A stretch of 63,825 nt of DNA, counting the filler. It is 11 parts of 11 records of this genome, joined end to end, with 100 filler letters (N's around TTAATTAATTAA, not from the genome) between each part and the next. Parts side by side here need not be neighbours in the genome. Positions count along the whole stretch, not along the records: positions 7,200 to 14,079 come from SRR15195285_4015; positions 14,180 to 21,713 come from SRR15195285_4018; positions 21,814 to 25,412 come from SRR15195285_4040; 8 more parts are not named here. One strand, 5' to 3'. Made by a program: the position numbers and the translations under genes. Positions 12,401-22,138 of the stretch are shown here, in pieces. The notes below the pieces were generated by a model. That model saw only the letters and a program-made list of their open reading frames with translations, was not told where the DNA came from and did no database searches. Positions within the stretch are counted from its first letter, which is position 1, and each line of letters starts with the position of its first letter.

Positions 12401-13568
12401 TTTTGTTGACAAGGTCTTGGCGGTGCTCAATCATGTCCTTAAATGACTGTGACTTGCCCGTTTTTGAATCCTTAATCGGTGCGGATTGTTTACAATTCGG
12501 GTGCACCACTTCTCGAGTTTGATAGTCATGAGGGTATTCCGCACGGATCTGGACATAGCATGGGTCGAAAACCTGCTGGCCATTCTGCACTTTGAACAGG
12601 ACGCCTGTCCACATCACGAGCAAAACACACAAGACAATGCATCCACAGCATCCCTTAATGCATGCCTTTCGCTTGGCCTTGTATGACTTGCTGACTTGCG
12701 CTTTGACGACCTCGTACCCATCATCGTCTGCGGGTGTGGCCTTCCACATATTCCACACATCTTCCACCTCTACTGTGGGTGTGGTCTGCGCAGTGCTAGC
12801 TGCGTGAAGAAGCCCCATTCCGATGTCGTCTTCTGAAGCAGCGACGCTCGCAATCGGCCTAGCAGGTGGATGCTTGTCCATCAGCATGTTGTCCTGGACA
12901 CACACCATGAATATGTTCAACATTAGCGGACAGCAGACCAGCACCGTGACCTCAAACTCGTGCGGTTGACAGCCAAACGCTTGGGCCATTGTTGCCACAA
13001 ATATTGAGACAGGCTGATCCGTCCACGAGAGCGACCACCACAGTAGCAGATGAATCAACCCACGCACCGCTGCCGAAACGAAAATCCAGAGCACGAACTG
13101 CTTGGCCCAGGTGCGGTAGCTCACGCCGGCTGTTTTGGTACTGTATCGGCCCGACTGTCGCTGTCTACAGGCATAGAACAGCAGCACGTATGCTATGAGC
13201 ACGCCCAGCGTGGCGTTGGCCAGATAAACTAGCGCGAACCATGAGCATTCGTCGGTGGCGTTTCCCACGGGACTGTCCTCGTCTACCTGGTGCAAATGGC
13301 GGGCACCCAGCCCGGCTCCGATCTGTACCGTCGCGGCAGAGCCGGCGTGCTTAGCCGCGTCTAGCGCCCACACAATGTTGCGCTCGCTTTTTCGCCCGTG
13401 CCACCGCACCATCCAGCGCTTTGCGAGCACAGCGAGACCGACGACCACCAGCAGGAAAGGCTGCGCTGCCCAGAACCACCATTCAAGGGTGCAGTTGGGG
13501 TTCATGACGAGGTGTTTGTCGCAGTGCGGCCCGCCAATCTGCTTGAGCTCTTCGCACGTTGGGCTCAT
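9426..13568 (-). CDS. STIMATE/TMEM110-like domain + Cys-rich ectodomain + 7TM GPCR-like domain + PIP4/5-kinase (extended GPCR-PIPK). Exons 13568-10688 and 10616-9426; kinase N-lobe disrupted in this assembly
   Basis: STIMATE-like: WALDAAKH..DECSWFALVYLANATLG..SGRY..WAKQ..PLMLNIFMVCVQDNML. 7TM: CAAMSVLFQL..FFFMITIDL..WIFYHGWTW..DFCW. PIPK: FKFKSYRPRTFAALRRLF, GASGAFMYFSADKRYIVK, YDLKGS, IMDYSLLLG, IGIIDILQ, KKLE. G8 run at 10505-10512 and in-frame TAG at 10452-10454. Confidence 0.85.
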
Positions 13569-14079
13569 CTTCAGCAAAGTTTCCTATCAATCGGGCAGGT
13601 CCAACTCCACGCCTCCGCGCTGGTGGCAGCACTCTGTCTCGCAATGGGCCGCCGCGGCTGCTCGCCCGGCACACGCACACACCCTCCGTCCGTACAACCC
13701 CCCTCAAAGCCCGCGGCGCACACCACGCCGGCAGCGCGGCGCGCCTCAGCAGATCCGGGATCGTCTCGCGAGTCCTCGGACGACCCCCCGGGCGCACGAC
13801 GCTCACCTCGCGCTCGCGAGCGCCCGCCGCGGCCGCTCGGTGCCACCGGCGCTGCCGGCAGTGTCGAGTGTGCAGTGAGTCGAGCAAGGGGGCGGCCGAC
13901 CACTCACGAACACCGGCCCTGCCGCGTGCCGGGGGGAGGGTCCCACTGATTTCTCACACCGCCTCAGGCAGACGCATGCGCATGAGCGGAAATATTGGAT
14001 GTGAGAATCAGAATGAGCTCTATCTGCAGATCATCATCAGTATAATCAATAATGGCAATGCAGATCAGATTGTTGGTTC

Positions 14080-14179
14080 NNNNNNNNNNNNNNNNNNNNN
14101 NNNNNNNNNNNNNNNNNNNNNNNTTAATTAATTAANNNNNNNNNNNNNNNNNNNNNNNNNNNNNNNNNNNNNNNNNNNN
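14080..14179. other. Artificial contig spacer
   Basis: N44-TTAATTAATTAA-N44. Confidence 0.99.
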
Positions 14180-14600
14180 CAGAATGGTACGATTTTCCAG
14201 TACAAACTGTGTCAAAATCAAATCTTGGGAAACCCCGGCGCTTGATTTTGAATGGATGAGAATGGGACTAATCCAGTCGGTTGGGGCGCGAGATTAGGCA
14301 TTTGCACGGTAACTGGGGGAGAGTGGAGGCCTTGCACCGTGGTTGGAGAGGGCTGCTGAGGCACGCAGGGAGGGTGGGCTGCAGCGGTTCGACGCGATGG
14401 AGTGCTGAAACCCGGGGTGGCAGGCGGGGTCGAGTGCGACGAGGCGCTGTGCCTCCGTGGGGAGAGAGCGCGAGGGGAACGGCCGTACGATTGAGTGGCG
14501 AGAGGGCAGAGAGCTGGCGTGTACAGCTGACTGGGCGTCCGTGGCTCTCGAGGCGTACTAGTAGGACAGGGGGCAGCGTGAGGCCAAGTGCGGGAGCGCG

Positions 14601-16529
14601 ATGTTGGACGATCCCGATCCCGAGGTGTGGGCGCGGATGGAGCGCGCGAATGATCCGCAGGGCGGCCCGCTCACCGCCGAGGAACGCAGGGTCTTGCGGC
14701 GGGTCTGCGTGGAAATCCCTGCGGCAGATCTGGCGACGATAGATGCGTTCAAAGTGAAAAAGTTCGTGCGGTCTCACGGGCTGACGAACCACAAGACTGA
14801 GGAGATTCGGTACGCAGCGACGCTGAAGAGCCTGCAAGATCACATTGACTGGCGCCGGCAGGTTTGTCTCGACGATTTTTTGAGGCCGGAAACGGAGGTC
14901 GGCGCGCGAGTGCTCAAGAGCTTGCGGCGCTGGCGCCAACTATGGGGCTCGGAGATATACGGCGTCACCCAGGCTGGCGTCCCAGTCATGTACCACCATA
15001 TGGGTGGCTTGAAGCCAGACGAGATCCTCGAGGAGTACCCTGGCGACTCGATGGAGGACGGGCTAATCCTCGATCTGGAGTTGTGCGAGAAGCTGAACCA
15101 GGAGCTGAGCCGACAGGAGGGCCGGACAATCAACCTCGGCGCTGCTGTGATCGATCTACGTGGTATCAGCATGGACCTCATGGCACCGCGGCTACTGTCA
15201 AAGATCAAGATGATGATCGATTTGCCATCGAACCATTACCCAGAATCGCTAACGCACATGTACATCGTGAACGCGCCACTTGCGTTCCGTGGCTTCTGGC
15301 GTTTGGTCCTTCCCTTCATCCCAGAAGAGAACAAGCTGAAGATCAGCCTCATCGGGACAGACCAGACGGCTCTCGACGAACTCTTCCGGAGAGAAGGCAT
15401 CGATACGCGGCGATTCCCGCAGGAAGTTGGAGGAGAGGTGCCTGCTGGCGAATCGCCAGCAATGGGCTGGCTTGGAGCTGCGTTCCAGCGCGCTGCCAGT
15501 ACTGGTCAGTATTACTGGGAAGGTGTGGACCTAGAGAGCCCGACCGACAAGCGCTGCCTGGATCCATCGGATGTGAAGGACCTGCGTCCCTCGGATGCGG
15601 CGCAGGACACACCCGACGACGAGCAGTCTTCTGCGTCCATTGAACAACCAACCGCTGAGCCGCCCAGTTGTCTTGAAGATCAAAACGTTACAGGCGTGTC
15701 GTCTGAGTCAGGCCTGATGCGCTCGCCTGCGCGACGGCGGGAACATCGGCAAGAGCAGCAGCGGACACGTCCGCACAGGCAGGTGCAGCGGGAGAGACCG
15801 AAGCGTAGTACACATGGCTATACACAGCGACCGCGCACGCGAACATCAGCGTTGGCCGCCCAGTCTCCGAAAGCAAGAGCCAAACAGGGAGGTAGAAAAT
15901 TCAGCTGTTGTGCTGCTGCGCCACAAGAAGCACCAAGAGCTGCACGACGCACAAGGCAGCCTGTTGGTGTGATAGCGGCGAGAGCGCCAGATCCGTCAGA
16001 ATTACAGTCTTCAACAGAAGCTGCAACGCAAAGCGCGGATGCCCAGAAAGACCTGCACCACACTGACACGGACTGGCACGTTCCAACTGTCGATGAAGTG
16101 GGGCTGCCGATAACGCCCCCGCCAGAAGCGCGAGCGCGACGAGAACTGAACAGGTCTACCGAAACTTTGCCTGCACCAGCGACCTCTTCTGACGGCTTCG
16201 CTACGTGGTGCATGTCAGCCACTGGCAGCGATGCACCGCATCCGGTCAGGCTGCCTGCGTCACCCAACGAGGGCGCTGGTGCCAACGCGGCTGGGTATGC
16301 GCGAGCTGACAGCAGCACAGATGGGACAGTCGCCGCGTACTGGACCTCGGTACAGTCATCGCTGCAAGGGGTCTTATCGAGCTCTGATAGCCACGAGAAA
16401 TACAGCAAATACTGGTGCGTTAAACCTGACGAGGCGAGAGTTGATCTGGACTTGACGCCGAGCGAGGACGATGGGAGCGGTGGCGACTCGCCTTCCTACT
16501 ACCAAGCGCGTGCGCGGCAGAGCAATTGA
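14601..16529 (+). CDS. Sec14/CRAL-TRIO lipid-binding protein with a long low-complexity C-terminal tail
   Basis: KKFVRSH..DWRR, YGVTQAGVPVMY, AVIDLRGIS, HYPESLTHMYIVNAPLAFRGFWRLVLPFI, FPQEVGG; single 642-aa ORF. Confidence 0.88.
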   Translation: MLDDPDPEVWARMERANDPQGGPLTAEERRVLRRVCVEIPAADLATIDAFKVKKFVRSHGLTNHKTEEIRYAATLKSLQDHIDWRRQVCLDDFLRPETEVGARVLKSLRRWRQLWGSEIYGVTQAGVPVMYHHMGGLKPDEILEEYPGDSMEDGLILDLELCEKLNQELSRQEGRTINLGAAVIDLRGISMDLMAPRLLSKIKMMIDLPSNHYPESLTHMYIVNAPLAFRGFWRLVLPFIPEENKLKISLIGTDQTALDELFRREGIDTRRFPQEVGGEVPAGESPAMGWLGAAFQRAASTGQYYWEGVDLESPTDKRCLDPSDVKDLRPSDAAQDTPDDEQSSASIEQPTAEPPSCLEDQNVTGVSSESGLMRSPARRREHRQEQQRTRPHRQVQRERPKRSTHGYTQRPRTRTSALAAQSPKARAKQGGRKFSCCAAAPQEAPRAARRTRQPVGVIAARAPDPSELQSSTEAATQSADAQKDLHHTDTDWHVPTVDEVGLPITPPPEARARRELNRSTETLPAPATSSDGFATWCMSATGSDAPHPVRLPASPNEGAGANAAGYARADSSTDGTVAAYWTSVQSSLQGVLSSSDSHEKYSKYWCVKPDEARVDLDLTPSEDDGSGGDSPSYYQARARQSN

Positions 16530-16630
16530 ATGGGAATGGGTCGTGCTGGGTTTAGCGTGAGGTGTTGTCCAGGTTCCTCATCATCAATACAGTCCACCGG
16601 TAATGCCTTCGATCAGGTGACCCATCGCAG

Positions 16631-19600
16631 TCACGGGGAGCTGACATCCTCGATTCTCCATGTGTCTGGGTGCTCGCCGCCGGCTGCGAAGAAGCCTGCA
16701 GCCCTTTCTCCAACCTCCAAGGATGACTCGGGCTGATCACTTGCCTGGGCCGTGCTTGTCACGGTCCGCGGTACGAGCTGGGCGCCCGGCAAGGCACCTC
16801 TCCCGGACCCACTTGCGCGGTTGCCCAGAGCAGGCAGTCTCTTGCCGCTGCCTTTCATGTCGCGCTGGGCTTCTGCGGGCGCGACCTTGGCCGATCGGCC
16901 TCTTGCACCGGCGTTCCTGCGCCCCCCAGCTTGTCGCGCCGGCTGACTGGAGCCTCGAGTGCCTCCACGCGGTGACTCTGGCAGGGAAGGTTTGTTCATG
17001 GGTTTCTGCCAAGCCTCTGTGCTGGTTGGTCGTGAATACTCCGTGTCCAGGCGATAGAGGATGAGCTTCTTTTCCTCTGGCTCCATGGAATTCCATGCGT
17101 CGCCGTACAATATCTTGGCCGATGCGAGCGATCCCTCCCCTCGCCGTGTGCCAACCTCCCCCTGCCAGCTGTAGAGAATCTTGTCGGGTACTTTCCGCTT
17201 GCCTACCTTGCCGTTACGCCACTTGGCGATTGACGTGGCGCTCAGCCAGCGCTGCTTTGCTCGGTCGTAGCTCTCTTTTTGCTGCTGCTCCTCGTCGTTC
17301 TTATTGCGCCACCACTCTTTCGCCGCTTCTGGTGAGAGAGTCGAAAGCATTCGCTGCTCTTCCTCTAGCTGCTTCTTTCTTTCCTCTCGTTCTTGCGCAA
17401 TATTCTTGAAGCGCTCGACCTCCTCCTGGTGAATCATCTCCTTTCTTTCACGCCTGTACGCCGCTTCGCGTTCGAGCTTCTTTCGCCTGCTGCGCTTGAT
17501 GTGATAAAAGACCGCCCCAGCAATCGGCAGAAAGATGAGTGTAACCACAGCAATGGCATCAAAGAGGCACCCGCGAGCTCGCGACTCGATCATCCACTCG
17601 CCCTCGCATTTGCCTGCCCAATTTTGTGCTTGCAGATCCCATTTCACTCGTCCGAGTGGCGCTTTGAAGGGTGGAATTCCAGCCCAGCATTGCTCGCGGT
17701 CAACCACATAGTTTTCAATGCACTCGCAGCCCTCCTCCCCGCCGAAATCGCCCACCCACCGATTGTCCTCGTCATCTAGGCACTCCTCCTTCGCGGCAGC
17801 AAGCATCCCACTGTCTCGGGCATCAAATGGTACAGGCTCACCAGTGTCTTCGTCATCAAACGCCTCAAGCAAGATAGGGTCACCGTCTTCGTCGTAGCAA
17901 TAGTGCCGGACTACCTGTGAGAACTCCGGACACGGCGTGTAGACACACGTCGCCCGTTGGAACGCGCCGTCGCGGTCACAGTAGACTGCCGTGTTCTCAC
18001 CTTGGCAGCTCACAGGACGTTCTCGGGGATCGATTTTACGTGTAAGATCTGGCACTGTCATGTCCCAGCTACCATCACCTGCTGAAGTGGGCTCGTCGTC
18101 GCCTGCAAGCCACGTAGGTGTGGGCGGGACGGAGCAACGGTAGGCGGGATCGCATGTGAAGTAGCACTTGTCGAAGGTGCTTCCGACACACCCCGGTAGC
18201 AAATACTGGCCGTGGACGCCAGACGTAGCATACTGTGCCCGGTTTGAGTGAGCAATGTACGATGTCTCACATGGCTCAGGTACGCACGAACCCGCCCAGG
18301 CTTCGTCCGAGGCGATCCAACGTGGTGGGTCGGGCAAGCCGTTTGGCTGCGACCCAGGGCCGTACCCATCATCGCATACGCAGGCAGTCGCCGTAGAGTC
18401 GGTGTAATGCGCATCTGGTGGGCACGGGACCGAGTAGCAGAGCTGGTCTGTGCCAATCTCCCAGTCGGCGTGAAAACTGCCCGTGCTGCGGCAGCCAATA
18501 TTATACTTTGGGTAGCTATCCTGGTCCACCAGCAGTACGAAACTCAGCTCGAAGGTGTAGTCAGCAACATACTCTGCTTCTCCATCTGCCAGCCAGCCCA
18601 TCACCATCCATCCTCGCTCCAGCGCCCCGAGCGGAGGCCCATCCTGCAGCGCGAAGGATGCTGTGCCCCCCGTGAATGCAACCAGCTCCTCCGCTTCGCT
18701 GTAGACGCACCACTTGCCATCGTCGCTCCGCCACATGATTTTCATGCCGTTCGGGTTGACGTATACATACTGGCGCAGCGCAGAGTCCCACTGCTGCCGA
18801 TACTCGCCGTTGTCGCTGCTGATCAGAGGCTGGTATCGCCCACGGCTCCTCTGGACTACACAGTTCTCCGATTCACATGCTGTACCAATGGAACTGTTGG
18901 AAGCTCGATAGGCAGGACTTGTGGTAGGCGGGGTCACCCATATGGCCTCGAGGTTGATGCTGCCATTCAAACTGCGGTACGGATAGGAGCTACCGTTCCC
19001 ACCTTCCCAGCCGGAATTGCAAGAGAAGGTGCAGTCCATGCCGACGGTCGCGAAGCAAGGACGCTTCCCTCCGCCGCTCTCAACAGAGCCGTCGCGGTCA
19101 CTGTTCAGCATCGGTAGCAGCGGGCACTGTGATGTATACATGTACACCGCGCCTGTGTTCTCGCACGCTTGCATCCCGCCCATATCCAAGCATTCGGATT
19201 CGGTGTTGACAGGGTTTTCTCCAAGCTCACAGCCAATGGCGAGCAGAGTCGCATCTCCATTCAGCGCGACAGAGACACCGAATCGAGCATCGGGAGTGTT
19301 CCCTGCACTGTCGCTTGGCACCATGCGTTTGCGCTGAATAAAGTCACCGTACTGGTTGGAGTTGTACAGGAACACCTCGCCGGTGTTAGCAACCCCTCCA
19401 GATACCTCTCCAAAGCTTGCGCCCACAGCAATCGTCGTGGAATCGTCGCTGATTGTCACTGATGTCCCGAAGCGATCAAAGGCGACAGAGTAGTCCGGCA
19501 CCAGCGGACAGAATTCGACCCATTCGTCGTCTACATGTGTTGTGAAGCGAAATGTGGTCCTAAAAGTGCCGAGTGACTCTCCGTAGCAAGTGCGAAACAT

Positions 19601-21691
19601 ACGGCAGATGCCGCCTCTCAGATCATCTGGTGGCCCCGTCACCGGACTGTGGCTGAGGTAGTTACATTCGACACCGATCTGCCACGCAAGTCCGCAGGCT
19701 CTCTCGCACTCTTCCAAGCTGACCCCGGCACCTCCAATCGAGGGACCTTGGTGCTGATATTGACCCTCCGCGTCCAGACCATCCCAGTCGCATCCTTTCT
19801 CCTGCACGACCGTGAACACAGACGCGTTGTGTGCTGGCAGTCTGCGGAAAAGATATACCCGGCCTGCATATTGAGCGGTGCGCGTGCTGAACGTATCGGC
19901 TGCGATGGCTACAATCCCACTTTCCTCGGAGCCGACAGTGAGAAACGAGCCAAAGCTCTGGTCGGGTTGTGGCTCCGAAGGCGTTAAAACCTGCCTCTCC
20001 TCCCACTGATCCGTGTCAGGATTGCGACGGAAGACGTAGACCTTTCCGTGACTCGTCGAAGGGCCGGGGGCGCCCACAAAAATTGACTCACCCATGACAG
20101 CAACGCTGGAGCCAAATCGTGAGTCTTCCTCAGGCCTTTGCGCCCGCTGCAGCTCTGCCAGTTCCCAACCGTCCTCACCACGAGTAGCGACGAACGCTTG
20201 CCCTGCGCCCATTACAGTTCCAGCCTGCAGTGGGACCGGGATCGCTTCGCCCACGCACGTCTCGTCAACCAGCACGTCAAATGCAGTCCCTGTGCAAGTG
20301 GCCTCTGTCACGATGGGTTCAGCCGCCCCAGTGCAGGTCGCGTTCAATGTGACGTTGATAGCTGTGCCCGTGCAGGACGCGTTGATAGCACTGTAGTTGC
20401 AGCCGAGCGGACAGCTGGACGATTGGTTGAATACCACATCCGATGCGACACCAGGGTCCGACGTGCGATTTAGCTCGCTCCAGCACACTGGCGTGTGGAC
20501 ACGCTCCGGCAGGAACTGACAGCCTGGAGCACAGTCCGTTCGGTCGAAGGATCCATTCGCGAGAATGCAAATTGGGGTGAAGGCGGTGAAGTTGGAACCA
20601 TCGCAGCCGGCTGGACACCGGGCCAGCTCGCCCGAGCTCTGCAGCACATGGGTTACGTTTCCGTACTCAACGCCAGTCGCGTCTGTCACTGCGGGTGCCC
20701 CCAGCTCACACACTGGCGTCTCAACATGTGTTGGAGAATAGTCGCACCCGCCAGGGCACTCAGCAGTCCCTTGCGTGAAGAAGTCCAGGTCGCAGTCGAA
20801 GGTGACCATATCTTCCACAGGAAGGTTGACACCGTACGAGCCGATCACAACCAGCGACCCGTCTGGGTGCACGGCCACCGCGTCGCCAAAGAAGGCCTGC
20901 GCGGCAGGAGTCGGGGACTGTAACTCCGCGTCGACGCTCCATCCGCCAAAGTCAAGGCCGTTTGAATCTGAGTAAATCATGACCATGCCGGCAGCGGAGG
21001 CAGTGTTCACCTCGGCGCCCCTCGCTCCCACAACAGCCACGTCCCCCGCGTGGCTCAGCGCGACGGCCTGGCCTGTGTTGGCCAGTGTGCCCACCATTGG
21101 TGACATGCGGTAGCCCTCCGTCCAGCAGGCGTACGGGAAGCCGTACACGTCGCTGCAAAACGAGCGCTCGAAGATCATCGCGCCGCCCGCATCAAGCCCG
21201 ACGTCGTCGCGTCCACGCGCGCCGAAGAGAGCGACGGTGCCCGCCGGATTGATAGCCACCGACGACCCCAGGTAGTCGTTCGCGCGCAGGTCATCCAGCG
21301 ACACCGGACGCTCCTCCGGCAGGTTAAACCGCCCACGGAACGTCGCGCTGCCCGCGAAGAGCTCTGATGTCTCCGGACGCCCGTCGCCCCAGCGCGCCTG
21401 CGCATCGCGCGGCTGCAGCGGCTGCAGCGCCGCCGCATGCTCTTCCTGCTCCCGCACCGAGAGTATAACCCAGAGCTGTACACACAAACACGCAGTCTGT
21501 CCGTGTGAAGAGGGTGGATGGCAACGCACCCGCACACGCCGGACGTCCTCCTCACGGATCGATCCCACCAGCTCCGCCTCCAGCGCGGACAAGCGCTGCA
21601 GATCCAGCTCGCACACGCCGTGGCGCACCGCCCCTGCGCTCTCCTCGCCGGCCGCCCAGCCGCCCAGCAGCGCCACCACCATTATCATCAT
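16631..21691 (-). CDS. Type I membrane protein with signal peptide, seven FG-GAP repeats (integrin-alpha-like propeller), Cys-rich/PAN/sushi-like modules, one TM helix and a charged cytoplasmic tail. Probable in-frame 90-nt intron 21535-21446
   Basis: Hydrophobic N-terminus; repeats LGSSVAI..FGA, TGQAVAL..VGA, FGDAVAV..IGS, FGSSVAV..VGAP, FGSFLTV, FGTSVTI..VGA, FGVSVAL..IGC; TM IAVVTLIFLPIAGAVFY followed by KRSRRKK. Confidence 0.8.
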   Translation of the reverse strand: MMIMVVALLGGWAAGEESAGAVRHGVCELDLQRLSALEAELVGSIREEDVRRVRVRCHPPSSHGQTACLCVQLWVILSVREQEEHAAALQPLQPRDAQARWGDGRPETSELFAGSATFRGRFNLPEERPVSLDDLRANDYLGSSVAINPAGTVALFGARGRDDVGLDAGGAMIFERSFCSDVYGFPYACWTEGYRMSPMVGTLANTGQAVALSHAGDVAVVGARGAEVNTASAAGMVMIYSDSNGLDFGGWSVDAELQSPTPAAQAFFGDAVAVHPDGSLVVIGSYGVNLPVEDMVTFDCDLDFFTQGTAECPGGCDYSPTHVETPVCELGAPAVTDATGVEYGNVTHVLQSSGELARCPAGCDGSNFTAFTPICILANGSFDRTDCAPGCQFLPERVHTPVCWSELNRTSDPGVASDVVFNQSSSCPLGCNYSAINASCTGTAINVTLNATCTGAAEPIVTEATCTGTAFDVLVDETCVGEAIPVPLQAGTVMGAGQAFVATRGEDGWELAELQRAQRPEEDSRFGSSVAVMGESIFVGAPGPSTSHGKVYVFRRNPDTDQWEERQVLTPSEPQPDQSFGSFLTVGSEESGIVAIAADTFSTRTAQYAGRVYLFRRLPAHNASVFTVVQEKGCDWDGLDAEGQYQHQGPSIGGAGVSLEECERACGLAWQIGVECNYLSHSPVTGPPDDLRGGICRMFRTCYGESLGTFRTTFRFTTHVDDEWVEFCPLVPDYSVAFDRFGTSVTISDDSTTIAVGASFGEVSGGVANTGEVFLYNSNQYGDFIQRKRMVPSDSAGNTPDARFGVSVALNGDATLLAIGCELGENPVNTESECLDMGGMQACENTGAVYMYTSQCPLLPMLNSDRDGSVESGGGKRPCFATVGMDCTFSCNSGWEGGNGSSYPYRSLNGSINLEAIWVTPPTTSPAYRASNSSIGTACESENCVVQRSRGRYQPLISSDNGEYRQQWDSALRQYVYVNPNGMKIMWRSDDGKWCVYSEAEELVAFTGGTASFALQDGPPLGALERGWMVMGWLADGEAEYVADYTFELSFVLLVDQDSYPKYNIGCRSTGSFHADWEIGTDQLCYSVPCPPDAHYTDSTATACVCDDGYGPGSQPNGLPDPPRWIASDEAWAGSCVPEPCETSYIAHSNRAQYATSGVHGQYLLPGCVGSTFDKCYFTCDPAYRCSVPPTPTWLAGDDEPTSAGDGSWDMTVPDLTRKIDPRERPVSCQGENTAVYCDRDGAFQRATCVYTPCPEFSQVVRHYCYDEDGDPILLEAFDDEDTGEPVPFDARDSGMLAAAKEECLDDEDNRWVGDFGGEEGCECIENYVVDREQCWAGIPPFKAPLGRVKWDLQAQNWAGKCEGEWMIESRARGCLFDAIAVVTLIFLPIAGAVFYHIKRSRRKKLEREAAYRRERKEMIHQEEVERFKNIAQEREERKKQLEEEQRMLSTLSPEAAKEWWRNKNDEEQQQKESYDRAKQRWLSATSIAKWRNGKVGKRKVPDKILYSWQGEVGTRRGEGSLASAKILYGDAWNSMEPEEKKLILYRLDTEYSRPTSTEAWQKPMNKPSLPESPRGGTRGSSQPARQAGGRRNAGARGRSAKVAPAEAQRDMKGSGKRLPALGNRASGSGRGALPGAQLVPRTVTSTAQASDQPESSLEVGERAAGFFAAGGEHPDTWRIEDVSSP

Positions 21692-21713
21692 CTAGAGCAG
21701 CATCAGCATCAGC

Positions 21714-21813
21714 NNNNNNNNNNNNNNNNNNNNNNNNNNNNNNNNNNNNNNNNNNNNTTAATTAATTAANNNNNNNNNNNNNNNNNNNNNNNNNNNNNNN
21801 NNNNNNNNNNNNN
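21714..21813. other. Artificial contig spacer
   Basis: N44-TTAATTAATTAA-N44. Confidence 0.99.
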
Positions 21814-22138
21814 CAAGGGCCAAACCCGCTTTTGCTGACTCTGGGGGTGGGCCGAAATTGTCACTCGGTGAGACAGACGGCGTGAATCGAATGATGTGAC
21901 GGACTCACCCTCGGTCAGAAGTGACCATGTGATTCCACGGTTCCGTATACTCGATATACTGGCCGGCCGTCGCCGCGTCGCGGGAGGCGGGTGTATGTCT
22001 GAGTGAGAATTGAGCAGCTAATACACGTATGCCTCCTGTGTGACTGACATAGTGCGCTGACTACGTGTGTATTGGGTAAAAGACACCTGCCGTGTGCTTG
22101 CATGCAGGCCTGCTGGCACGCATTTGTCGGTCGGTGTG

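Noticed and set aside
14212-14251. 10-bp inverted repeat TCAAAATCAA/TTGATTTTGA near a contig start; a similar hairpin at 29303-29366
   Set aside because: May be MITE ends that broke the assembly, but no second terminus, TSD or second copy is visible.
10452-21694. TAG reassigned to an amino acid (in-frame TAG-ATG in the PIPK and before the FG-GAP protein's signal peptide)
   Set aside because: PAH, the aminotransferase (SKL-TAG), the ABC transporter and the flavoprotein end at TAG in expected positions, and several ORFs over 1,000 codons contain no internal TAG.
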